Source of the DNA: a virus
Lineage: Duplodnaviria; Caudoviricetes
Reading direction: 5' to 3' (one strand)
DNA: 32,354 nt
Virus record (IMG/VR): IMGVR_UViG_3300034375_002741
Coordinates: 1-32,354 of that record
The notes below the pieces were generated by a model. That model saw only the letters and a program-made list of their open reading frames with translations. It ran no database searches and was not told the origin of the DNA. Made by a program: the position numbers and the translations under genes. Below are positions 1-8,022 of the stretch, in pieces; the first letter of the stretch is position 1, and every line of letters starts with the position of its first letter.

Positions 1-171
1 AGTGAAGCCAAAACTGAATGGGAAAAATATGGTAAGCTAAGACCAGACTATGAGGAGTATGTTAAGACTCTACGTATTACAGAACAAATAGACAATGAAA
101 TATTAGAGGATATAGATGATGGTCAGGTTATTAATTATTCTGGTGGGATTATTAAGCTCGGTAACGAGTAA
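1..171 (+). CDS. 3' end of a hypothetical late-operon protein (truncated by window edge)
   Basis: Frame 1 is open from base 1 (SEAKTEWEKYGKLRPDYEEYVKTLR...KLGNE) to TAA at 169-171. Translated by hand; not in the ORF track. Confidence 0.65.
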   Translation, partial: SEAKTEWEKYGKLRPDYEEYVKTLRITEQIDNEILEDIDDGQVINYSGGIIKLGNE

Positions 172-1675
172 AGCTGAAACAGTTTGTATACAGAATGTAC
201 CACAGTATGGAGATCAAACCTGTACTACAACTACTGATGTTGTAACATCTGTTATTACTAATCATACTACTAACAACTTCTTATCAGGAGATTTTACTGA
301 TGGTAGTTGGAGTGGAACTAACTTAGATCATACACACGGAAGCGGAACTATTGCAGGTGTTGGTGGCGAGTATGTACAAAGCACACTAACTCAAGCTGAT
401 TCAGGTTTAAGTAATGATGAAGTACAACGAGGGTTTAGTTCTACACTAGGTGCTGACATTTGGTTTTGGGATAGCTCTGATACGAAGCAATCAGTAACTA
501 TGACGCAAATATTTAATGATGGTAATGGAGACACTACCACACAAAGCAGAGTGGTTGATTATGCAAACAATGGCTTTACTACTTATCAAGACACTATTGT
601 TATAGGTGAGAACAATATAACCAATGGAAGTGTTACAGCACGATTTGATTTTACTCATACCAATACACAGTATCATAGAGCTGCAGATTTAAAAAATCCT
701 ACGCTTACATTTGATTATACTAAGATTGAGAACACTATATCGCAGGTAAGCAACACTACAGTTAAATACTGTTGGGAGTTTAATCCTAGTACCTGTCCGC
801 AAGCAGTAGAAGATATAGCTGACACTATTGTAGATATTGAAGATGATCTAGTTGATATAATCATAGACATTGAAACACCAGAGGTAGAGATAGTTATAGA
901 TGTACCTGAGTATATATGGGAACCTGAAGTAGTAGAAATTGATGAGCCAGTATTTACAGCAGTACCGATACCAGTTAATATAACTATGCCTGAACCTGAA
1001 CCTGAAATACCAGAAGAAGAATTTAACACAGAAGATATAACCAATGCATACGATCCTGAGCCAGTTGTGGAAACAAGAGTTGAAGATGAACCCCCAGCTG
1101 CAGAACCAGATGCCGATCCTATTGAAGTGGTGGAGCAAGTTGATGAACCAATTGAAGAAGAACCCAGTAGCGAAGAAGTTGTTACAGAGCAACCAATTCA
1201 AGAGTCAAGTAGTCCACAACAAGAAGAAGTTGTCGAGGCAGACGTTGAAGAAGAACGACCAGAACCTACTGAAGAATTAGTAGAGAAAGAACCTGAAGTA
1301 TCTGTAGATGTAGTTGCAGTTGAAAGATATATTGATGGCAAAGTACAAAGCCAAATAGAAAAGATTGAAGCTACTTTAGTAGTTGTAAATGAATTAGTAA
1401 GTAGAGCTATGGTATCTAACCAGGTAGACATATCTAGTTACGCTACTATGAACAATGCTATCTTTGACAATAGACAATTAGCTGATGGTAATCCTGCGTT
1501 CTTTAATCAAATTGCATTAGCTGGTTATGACAAATCTATTTATAATAATCAAGTAACACTAGGGTCTACTGATCCTGTTGCACAGCATAACGTAAAAGTA
1601 AATGCTGCACGTAACGAAACAAAAAAATCATATTTAAAATTACAGGAGCTGATTAATGAACGGAATGATATCTAA
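116..1675 (+). CDS. Exported acidic protein with N-terminal signal peptide
   Basis: 519 aa. Basic-hydrophobic N-terminus (MVRLLIILVGLLSSVTSKA/ET), Thr/Asn/Gly-rich domain, long E/P/V/D-rich linker, helical C-terminus. Confidence 0.75.
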   Translation: MMVRLLIILVGLLSSVTSKAETVCIQNVPQYGDQTCTTTTDVVTSVITNHTTNNFLSGDFTDGSWSGTNLDHTHGSGTIAGVGGEYVQSTLTQADSGLSNDEVQRGFSSTLGADIWFWDSSDTKQSVTMTQIFNDGNGDTTTQSRVVDYANNGFTTYQDTIVIGENNITNGSVTARFDFTHTNTQYHRAADLKNPTLTFDYTKIENTISQVSNTTVKYCWEFNPSTCPQAVEDIADTIVDIEDDLVDIIIDIETPEVEIVIDVPEYIWEPEVVEIDEPVFTAVPIPVNITMPEPEPEIPEEEFNTEDITNAYDPEPVVETRVEDEPPAAEPDADPIEVVEQVDEPIEEEPSSEEVVTEQPIQESSSPQQEEVVEADVEEERPEPTEELVEKEPEVSVDVVAVERYIDGKVQSQIEKIEATLVVVNELVSRAMVSNQVDISSYATMNNAIFDNRQLADGNPAFFNQIALAGYDKSIYNNQVTLGSTDPVAQHNVKVNAARNETKKSYLKLQELINERNDI

Positions 1676-1934
1676 ACTACAAACCATAGGAATGCTTTTA
1701 GCTTTAGTGTCGGCAATCGGAGGTGGGTTTTATACTTGGGGTACGTTTAATCAACGATTAGATGTTATCGAAAATAAAAAGTTTACCGTTAATCAAACAG
1801 TAGATCTTACAGAAGTTAACAAATCTATTGAAGGATTGAAAGCTGACATAAAAATTAATACTGCAGCTATAAACTATCTTGAGTCTATGATTAATGAATT
1901 AAAGGTTGCACAAGGCAATCCATTACTAAACTAA
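1656..1934 (+). CDS. Small single-pass membrane protein with coiled coil (possible lysis accessory)
   Basis: Hydrophobic IGMLLALVSAIGGGFYTWG followed by heptad-like helix; last gene of the rightward block. Confidence 0.65.
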   Translation: MNGMISKLQTIGMLLALVSAIGGGFYTWGTFNQRLDVIENKKFTVNQTVDLTEVNKSIEGLKADIKINTAAINYLESMINELKVAQGNPLLN

Positions 1935-2308
1935 ATTCTAGATGAGGCTTCTTTAGTACGCCACATACCTATACGTTCTTTAGCAAGACTATAAAGTTCT
2001 TTTAAGTGGTCGTATCTAGCTTTAGCAAATGCTAAGTTATCATTATGTGTAAGCATACGATTATCTGCATAAGCTTCTGTGTTACGAGCAGCATCTGACT
2101 TTTCATCTGACTCGCTTTTAATTGTATTAAGTAGTATCTTTGTATAACCATCCATTAGTATATAGGCTTGGTTGTATTCAGTAAGTGTGTCTAAGTTGTT
2201 TATACAAAAGTTATAAGCTCTTTCAGCAGCAGATTCATCAAGTATTAATTCTTGTCCTATTTTAATATTCTTCTTTGTCTTTTCAAAGTTGTTTAAATCA
2301 TAAGGCAT
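1931..2308 (-). CDS. Hypothetical helical protein (possibly UvsY-like recombination accessory)
   Basis: 125 aa, GGAGG RBS. C-terminal EAYAD...IGMWRTKEASSR pattern recalls small helical proteins beside phage SSB/exonuclease genes; function uncertain. Confidence 0.55.
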   Translation of the reverse strand: MPYDLNNFEKTKKNIKIGQELILDESAAERAYNFCINNLDTLTEYNQAYILMDGYTKILLNTIKSESDEKSDAARNTEAYADNRMLTHNDNLAFAKARYDHLKELYSLAKERIGMWRTKEASSRI

Positions 2309-2546
2309 TTATGCCTCCTTTCTTTTCAATATAAGATTTGATCCTGGTACATTTTACTATCTGATGCATAGGAAACTGTCTTAAAAACATTTTCTTAGCA
2401 GCATCTAATGTATGAGCATCTACACGAGCATCAACTGCATAACCTTTTTGATCTGTAGCTTCTATAAACCAGTGTCTAGGTGCATTTTGTTGATAGTCTT
2501 GCAGCTTCATTTTAGCATCTAAGATATCTAAGTGATTAGTATTCAT
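2298..2546 (-). CDS. Hypothetical protein
   Basis: ORF track; start moved to MNTNH (2546), preceded by AAAGGA and overlapping the upstream stop. Confidence 0.65.
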   Translation of the reverse strand: MNTNHLDILDAKMKLQDYQQNAPRHWFIEATDQKGYAVDARVDAHTLDAAKKMFLRQFPMHQIVKCTRIKSYIEKKGGINAL

Positions 2547-3007
2547 TGTAATATCCTTTCTTTTTTGAACAAGTAATTCCATACGTTATCATCTTGTTCA
2601 CCTGTTGCAAATAAATCGACTTTACGATTCTTTCTAGATCTTATTCTATATATAGTTGTCCTAGAATCATCTGATCTATTGTGTGAAGATATAACTATTA
2701 CTGGTACTTTATTCTTACGATTAGGTACAAGCATACGACCTTCACTAACAAAGCTATAGCTAGTAATCTCAAGCTCATCTAATAGACGCATTATCTTTGG
2801 CGCTTCTACAGTTAGATTTTTATCAATTACTTTAGAAAGTATAGCTTCACCTTTTGAATGACCGACAATAATAGTTACTAACTCACCATCAGATTTAAAA
2901 TTTTCAACAGCTACCTTGCATACATTCTCATGATAGCTGTCAAAAAAAGCTGAATCTAGTTCACTTATAGCAGAATTAGAAAGGTATTTTCTGTCCCTTA
3001 TCGTCAT
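2543..3007 (-). CDS. Hypothetical protein
   Basis: ORF track 2543..3028; second Met (3007) chosen to reduce overlap; start uncertain. Confidence 0.65.
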   Translation of the reverse strand: MTIRDRKYLSNSAISELDSAFFDSYHENVCKVAVENFKSDGELVTIIVGHSKGEAILSKVIDKNLTVEAPKIMRLLDELEITSYSFVSEGRMLVPNRKNKVPVIVISSHNRSDDSRTTIYRIRSRKNRKVDLFATGEQDDNVWNYLFKKERILQ

Positions 3008-3488
3008 ACTCTGCGTCAACTTCCTCATAATTCATATTAGATGCATGTAAAAGATTTACTGCACGTTGTACATATTTGACTTGATCACCAAATGAAATAT
3101 CTTCAGTTCGAGATGCAACCATAATATCATTGACAGCTCTTACTTTGACCATACCAGCATCACGTAGTGCAGTATCAATTGCATTGCTATGACTGGTAGC
3201 AGCTTTCTTGGGTGCATCATTTGCCATTGGATCTTCATCCAGGACAGATAGATCATCTACAGATTTGATTGATTTAGCTGTATAAGCTTTACCATTCTTA
3301 CTGTAACCATCAAATTCAATCCATGCGCCTTCTTTAAGACTCATTGGATCATTACCATCACTCATTATTTTAGCGTTCCAGTAGACAACAATATCGTTGC
3401 CACTGAGTTTTGCAGGAATCCAAAATTTAATCTCAGAACCTTCTGAGTAATCCCTTGCGTCTTTCTTTAGTTGTGCTTGAAAAGCCAT
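2976..3488 (-). CDS. Putative single-stranded DNA-binding protein
   Basis: Start MAFQAQ with GGAGG RBS; beta-rich N-terminal half; acidic tail ending DAEYDDKGQKIPF like the SSB C-terminal IPF motif; adjacent to a nuclease. Confidence 0.65.
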   Translation of the reverse strand: MAFQAQLKKDARDYSEGSEIKFWIPAKLSGNDIVVYWNAKIMSDGNDPMSLKEGAWIEFDGYSKNGKAYTAKSIKSVDDLSVLDEDPMANDAPKKAATSHSNAIDTALRDAGMVKVRAVNDIMVASRTEDISFGDQVKYVQRAVNLLHASNMNYEEVDAEYDDKGQKIPF

Positions 3489-3504
3489 ACTTCCTCCTTT
3501 TAAT

Positions 3505-4272
3505 TTAAGACCAATACCTATTAGCGAGTTTCCTAGTTTCAACATCCCATTTGTACCCATCTGTGTTTAATACTGTATAATCAATGAACTCTTTTGCATT
3601 TTTAAACAGCTTGTTATTTTTCTCTATTTTCTTGAATACATCAAACATAAAATCACTTTGCAGATCAACTATGTGTGGTGGTATCTCAAATAGACCTACC
3701 TTCTTATCTGTAGCGTATAAGAGTGCAGTTCTTTTATTCATCAACGCACCATATAATGAAGCTTGTCGTATATGACCTAGCTTAGTTTTATATGGATCTG
3801 TTGGGAATGCCATTGTTGCTTTAGTATCAACAACTATATCTTCAAACTCAAAGTCTGGAACATACGTTATCTTGTGTTTTAACCCAGCAACCTTAACTAT
3901 ATATTTCTTATTGTAGTGTAATAGCTTCTGATCTTGTTGTATTTTAATTAGTACATTAGTAAAGTTTTGAGCTATATCACCAACTTTATCTAATTGTTTA
4001 GGTATTTCACCTTGATCAGCTCTTAGTAAATCTTCAGCCATCTGGCTAAATGTGTCATAAGCAACCTTCTTGACATCAATAGCACCAGGTGCAGTTAAAC
4101 CTACATGCGCTGCATGTTCTGAAGCATTACCCATTGTCATGCTATAGTTTGTTTCTGAACGTAATTGAAAATAGTTACGCATTAACCATAATGATGGACT
4201 ATCTATGAAGTCATTACCACGACTTGCACTATGGCGATATTCCTCATTTAGTATAGGATTGGTTTTTTTCAT
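3505..4272 (-). CDS. PD-(D/E)xK (RecB/lambda-exo-like) exonuclease
   Basis: Motifs HSAS, MGNASEH, YVPDF..IVVDTKAT and RQASLY (QxxxY). Confidence 0.8.
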   Translation of the reverse strand: MKKTNPILNEEYRHSASRGNDFIDSPSLWLMRNYFQLRSETNYSMTMGNASEHAAHVGLTAPGAIDVKKVAYDTFSQMAEDLLRADQGEIPKQLDKVGDIAQNFTNVLIKIQQDQKLLHYNKKYIVKVAGLKHKITYVPDFEFEDIVVDTKATMAFPTDPYKTKLGHIRQASLYGALMNKRTALLYATDKKVGLFEIPPHIVDLQSDFMFDVFKKIEKNNKLFKNAKEFIDYTVLNTDGYKWDVETRKLANRYWS

Positions 4273-4281
4273 ATTACTCAC

Positions 4282-4338
4282 TTTCTAATTAATCATATTC
4301 GTTGATTAAATTCAACAAATCATATTATATATTTACCT
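4282..4338. promoter_or_regulatory. Divergent AT-rich control region with palindrome
   Basis: Between divergent starts; GTTGA-ttaaat-TCAAC (4301-4316) flanked by direct repeats AATCATATT (4291-4299, 4318-4326). Confidence 0.45.
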
Positions 4339-4800
4339 ATGGATAAAGAAGATAAACGGGATATAGCACCTGTATTGAAACAAGGCAGCTATGTTCGTGT
4401 CATGAATCTTAGAGAATGTTCACTTGATACTTTACGCAATAGGAACTTAGTTACAGCTATTCAATACTCTGCTGGTCTTAAATATCGCAAACTATATGAA
4501 TTATCTCTTATTGGATCTCGTACTGCTAGTCTATCAGAGAAGATAGATGTAACAGGCAAGGGTGATATAGCAGATCATAAACTAGATGCTATGCAAGAAT
4601 TAGCCAAATGTAACTCCGCTGTAGGACCAACATCAGCTATTGTGCTTGATCTTGTCTGTGGAGAAGGCTATTCTATATCTGATTTAAATCGTACTATGAA
4701 ATGGTCTAAATACTATGGTGGTCATAGACTTAGAGAAGCTTTAGGTGAAGCTGCATTCCATTTTGGATTACAAAACAAAGGTAATACCATTCGTGGCTAA
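4339..4800 (+). CDS. DUF6456-like putative transcription regulator
   Basis: Pattern QYSAGLKYRKLYE...VLDLVCGEGYS...RLREALGEAAFHFGL matches my recollection of DUF6456 from alphaproteobacterial phages. Confidence 0.6.
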   Translation: MDKEDKRDIAPVLKQGSYVRVMNLRECSLDTLRNRNLVTAIQYSAGLKYRKLYELSLIGSRTASLSEKIDVTGKGDIADHKLDAMQELAKCNSAVGPTSAIVLDLVCGEGYSISDLNRTMKWSKYYGGHRLREALGEAAFHFGLQNKGNTIRG

Positions 4801-5116
4801 ACGTAAACGTATAGATAAGTCTTTATTTGACCCTAGTATACCCTCTAGACATCGTTCTCCGAAGCATTTAAAGCATGTTAGAGAGCTTTCTTGCTGTGTT
4901 TGTAAGACAGATTATGAAATACATGCACATCATTTAACATTTACACAACCTGCAGCTATGGGATTAAAGGTTTGTGACTCTAAAACAGTCCCATTATGCA
5001 TGTTTCACCATATGGAATTGCATCAACAATATGGCAACGAACGTAAATTCTGGTTAAACTACTGTTTAGAACCGACAATTTATGCAGCAATTTTATGGAA
5101 TTTAAGTTGCATTTGA
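4793..5116 (+). CDS. DUF968-like Zn-binding HNH-type nuclease
   Basis: HLKHVRELSCCVC...HAHHL...GLKVCDSKTVPLCMFHHMELH...FW; probable GTG start at 4793 (track gives 4745). Confidence 0.75.
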   Translation: MAKRKRIDKSLFDPSIPSRHRSPKHLKHVRELSCCVCKTDYEIHAHHLTFTQPAAMGLKVCDSKTVPLCMFHHMELHQQYGNERKFWLNYCLEPTIYAAILWNLSCI

Positions 5117-5165
5117 GTTCCAACTCGTATAGTAATTATTACTACACTAGAATAGGTGTGCTTAT

Positions 5166-5528
5166 ATGAAACTACCTTTAAAAGTAAAAGTAGGCTATCG
5201 TACAATAGATATTGTTTATGCATCCCCTGAGTTCCGTTCTGATAACATGACGGACTGCTATGGACAGTATCTTGATAGACAATCAAAAATAGAAATACAG
5301 CCAGGACTAAGTCCAGAAGAAGAAGCGAATACCATTATTCATGAGCTGCTACACTGTGTATTTAAATATATTGGTGAGACTAATGAAGGTATGGCACTAG
5401 CTGATGGTACTACAGAAGAACGTGTAGTACTTAATACAGCTAATGTAATCCAACCATTATTCTTTATGGATAATCCTAACTTACTCGTCTATATCACGAA
5501 GCTTATTCGCAGCACGACTACTAAGTGA
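5166..5528 (+). CDS. Small HExxH zinc-metallopeptidase-like protein
   Basis: CYGQY..KIEI..NTIIHELLHCVF..EE pattern (ImmA/IrrE-like zincin). Confidence 0.7.
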   Translation: MKLPLKVKVGYRTIDIVYASPEFRSDNMTDCYGQYLDRQSKIEIQPGLSPEEEANTIIHELLHCVFKYIGETNEGMALADGTTEERVVLNTANVIQPLFFMDNPNLLVYITKLIRSTTTK

Positions 5529-5627
5529 CTTGAGATCATCAAGTATCTCTGACATATCTACTTTTAGTTTCTTGTAAGATCTACTGAAGATCCAACCAAG
5601 AATTAATCCTATTATAAAATACCACAT
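5481..5627 (-). CDS. Small membrane-anchored protein (48 aa)
   Basis: Hand translation MWYFIIGLILGWIFSRSYKKLKVDMSEILDDLKSLSSRAANKLRDIDE; AAAGGA RBS; overlaps the 3' end of the convergent gene by 48 nt. Confidence 0.6.
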   Translation of the reverse strand: MWYFIIGLILGWIFSRSYKKLKVDMSEILDDLKSLSSRAANKLRDIDE

Positions 5628-5644
5628 ATTTATCCTTTCTATTT

Positions 5645-5850
5645 AGCGAGATGTGGAGAAGCCAATTCCATAAAATCTACAATGTCTAACCATTGCTGTG
5701 TCTATTGTTTTGTTGGTTTCCAACTCCACTCAACCAAAGGAGGCTTACACTGATCATCTCTATCAGACTTGTACTTGTACTCGTCAGTACGCCCGAATAT
5801 TTTAACAAGGGAGAAGCTGCACCGAAGTGTATTTTCATTCTCCCTCTATC
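5645..5850 (-). other. Structured intergenic spacer
   Basis: Inverted repeats AGGGAGAA/TTCTCCCT (5808-5845), GTACT/AGTAC, CTGAT/ATCAG, GTGGAG/CTCCAC; strand assignment is weak. Confidence 0.4.
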
Positions 5851-5878
5851 CTATGTTAGCTAACAGTTTACGGAATAT

Positions 5879-6394
5879 CTATTTACTTTCTATCTGTAAT
5901 GGATTGAAGTCAAGGCTAATACCAGCATCTTTACTTAACACATTACCTACTACTTGCATGATATTAGAATCAGAACCTGCTGACCAGATAATATCTTTAG
6001 CACGTTGATGTGCTTGATCTAATTGCAACATAGCTTTACCTTCAGGTGATTTAACAAACTCACGATCAAGTGTTTTCTTAGCTAGTGTATGTAAGTTTCT
6101 AACTACTTCGTTATAACTTCTGTTATCACTAAGATACATACCTTCAACTTTACCCATTCTTTCAATGGTACTACTCATATGATTAAGTAGTCTATTGTAT
6201 TTAGTCTCTAATGTTTGTAGCTCTGCTAGTTCTTTCTTAAGACCTACTTGTTCTACATACTTAGGGTATAGTTTCTTAACCATCTTTTCTTTAGCACTAG
6301 ATTCTTTTAGTTCTAGTGATCTTTTGTGATTGTATATCTCATCATTAACTCTTGATAAAAAATACTCTCGTTGTCGTTCACTCATTTTAGCCAT
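5879..6394 (-). CDS. Hypothetical coiled-coil protein
   Basis: 171 aa ORF with AAAGG RBS, overlapping the upstream gene. Confidence 0.75.
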   Translation of the reverse strand: MAKMSERQREYFLSRVNDEIYNHKRSLELKESSAKEKMVKKLYPKYVEQVGLKKELAELQTLETKYNRLLNHMSSTIERMGKVEGMYLSDNRSYNEVVRNLHTLAKKTLDREFVKSPEGKAMLQLDQAHQRAKDIIWSAGSDSNIMQVVGNVLSKDAGISLDFNPLQIESK

Positions 6395-6620
6395 TGGTTT
6401 TACCTTTCTTTATAGTTTTTAATACATCATCAAAAAATGTATCTTTGGTACCATACTCATGTAACATTTTTATTAATGTCATGAATATAGTTTTTTGTTT
6501 GAGATCATAGCGTCTGCTACAATCTTCATACATCTGTACTACAGCTGCATGTTCTTTATCATTTAGATTAAAGCTTTTATATTTCCAACCGTTTAGTCTT
6601 GGATCCTTTGGATGTGTCAT
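6387..6620 (-). CDS. Hypothetical protein (possible small DNA-binding protein)
   Basis: 77 aa, AAGGA RBS; strand-helix-helix-like pattern is only suggestive. Confidence 0.65.
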   Translation of the reverse strand: MTHPKDPRLNGWKYKSFNLNDKEHAAVVQMYEDCSRRYDLKQKTIFMTLIKMLHEYGTKDTFFDDVLKTIKKGKTNG

Positions 6621-6786
6621 TTTTATCTTCCTTTAATATATGTGCTATTGTATTCCACATTAATCCTGCACCAAGTGCCATATTATAAGATTCACCTGGA
6701 CCAGTCATAGAATTAATATATTTAAACAATTCAGTTTGAGTTTTAAATGTAGCAAATGTTCTATTATTTTCTATTGTTATAGTCAT
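6577..6786 (-). CDS. Hypothetical protein
   Basis: ORF track; start MTITIE (6786) follows AAAGGA. Confidence 0.6.
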   Translation of the reverse strand: MTITIENNRTFATFKTQTELFKYINSMTGPGESYNMALGAGLMWNTIAHILKEDKNDTSKGSKTKRLEI

Positions 6787-6806
6787 ATGTTTTCCTTTCA
6801 TTAAGC

Positions 6807-7066
6807 AGTAGAGAGATAGACTAAGGGAGCTCAGTTTTATCTTAGATTTTGGTACCTTGCTCGTGTATCCCTCTACCTATTGAATACAGTGTCATCTACC
6901 AGGTGGTTAAAGTAACCAGTGACAGGCTTGGGCTCTCGTTGTATATGCGCAACTCAAACGAGATCATCCTAGTTTGCAGAACTTTCCAGGTGGAATAGAG
7001 ACTGTACTCAAATATTTACAGGTGATAGGATGAACAAGAACCTACCACCCATTCCTCTAACGGGAA
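6807..7066 (-). ncRNA. Candidate multi-stem structured RNA
   Basis: Consecutive stems 6808-6818/6866-6876, 6880-6890/7001-7011 (enclosing inner hairpins) and 7018-7029/7041-7052. Plus-strand mismatches are A.C, i.e. G-U on the minus strand. Confidence 0.55.
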
Positions 7067-7249
7067 TTATTTACACTCTGTATACATAGAGTATGTTTGA
7101 TCACGAACTATTTCTATTTCGGACCACATTGTATCTAATTGTTTATGTACTTCTGTGATTACAGCTTGTGCTTTAAAGCTAACTATAGTTACAACAGCAG
7201 CTACATAAATAAATGTTAACATAGCTAATACATAAAATATTTTATTCAT
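7067..7249 (-). CDS. Small membrane/exported protein
   Basis: MNKIFYVLAMLTFIYVAAVVTIVSF hydrophobic N-terminus. Confidence 0.65.
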   Translation of the reverse strand: MNKIFYVLAMLTFIYVAAVVTIVSFKAQAVITEVHKQLDTMWSEIEIVRDQTYSMYTECK

Positions 7250-7250
7250 A

Positions 7251-7463
7251 TTACTTTAACCTATAAAATTTCTCTCGGTACTTACCTTCAAACTTTGAAT
7301 TAATATCATTTAAATAAGCAGCAGCTTCTTCTATAATTTCTGCACTATGAGAAGATTGTATAATTCTACGATTACCTTCTGACATTAAATATTCTGTTTT
7401 TTCATATGGATCTTTATCATTAAAATTTATAACAGTAAGAATATCGGGATCATTTTTACTCAT
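7251..7463 (-). CDS. Hypothetical protein
   Basis: 70 aa, AAGGA RBS, ATGA overlap with the upstream gene. Confidence 0.65.
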   Translation of the reverse strand: MSKNDPDILTVINFNDKDPYEKTEYLMSEGNRRIIQSSHSAEIIEEAAAYLNDINSKFEGKYREKFYRLK

Positions 7464-7705
7464 TGCAATGTCCTTTTTATTTGTAAATCAATTATATTAT
7501 GATTACCTAAATACTCATAAACAGCATTAGAAACATTAGACCATACTTGTTTTGGGGTATCTTCAATAGTACCACCAAATACTCTGAATACAGTTTCTAT
7601 TGATTCGTTTTCTAATATGCCGATAATGTTACCACTACCAGGTACATCTGCATGTTCACTTTGGTAATTATCATATTTACTAATTATTGAATTGTTATTT
7701 GACAT
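7460..7705 (-). CDS. Hypothetical protein
   Basis: Start MSNNN (7705) after AGGGAG RBS. Confidence 0.65.
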   Translation of the reverse strand: MSNNNSIISKYDNYQSEHADVPGSGNIIGILENESIETVFRVFGGTIEDTPKQVWSNVSNAVYEYLGNHNIIDLQIKRTLQ

Positions 7706-8021
7706 TGACTGGCTCCCTTTGGACAAGAGCTGCATTACCAACTATATTGGGTATCATAGTAGTTCTGCCCTCTTTAGCCAACCATGCTAAGAAGAATATA
7801 GTAGCAGAATCATTAATGATAGCGTTGTTAACCATACGACCTTCTTCATCGAAGTATAGATCATAATCTTTACCACCCATAGTAGCACCAGTTATCTCAA
7901 TCATCTTGATGCCCAGCATTTCTTTTATGTCTTTAAAGTTAGGACCATCATCGCCTGGCACAGTTTGTGCAATGATGCCACCAGATGCAGGCAGTATCAT
8001 AACATTGTATTTATTTTCCAT
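7695..8021 (-). CDS. DUF3846-like protein
   Basis: IKEMLGIKMIE...LYFDEEGR...IN..AT...NIVGNAAL pattern. Confidence 0.7.
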   Translation of the reverse strand: MENKYNVMILPASGGIIAQTVPGDDGPNFKDIKEMLGIKMIEITGATMGGKDYDLYFDEEGRMVNNAIINDSATIFFLAWLAKEGRTTMIPNIVGNAALVQREPVNVK

Positions 8022-8022
8022 A

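Noticed and set aside
940-1300. GAACCT/GAAGAA short repeats
   Set aside because: Encode Glu-Pro low-complexity linker; not a CRISPR or DNA-level repeat.
491-1431. Alternative-frame and antisense ORFs within the 519-aa gene
   Set aside because: Shadow ORFs of a compositionally biased coding sequence; no independent support.
3505-4272. Cas4 / CRISPR association
   Set aside because: No Fe-S cysteine cluster in the protein and no repeat-spacer array seen in the window.
6880-7011. tRNA or hammerhead ribozyme
   Set aside because: Too long for tRNA, no T-loop consensus, and no CUGAUGA/GAAA core seen.
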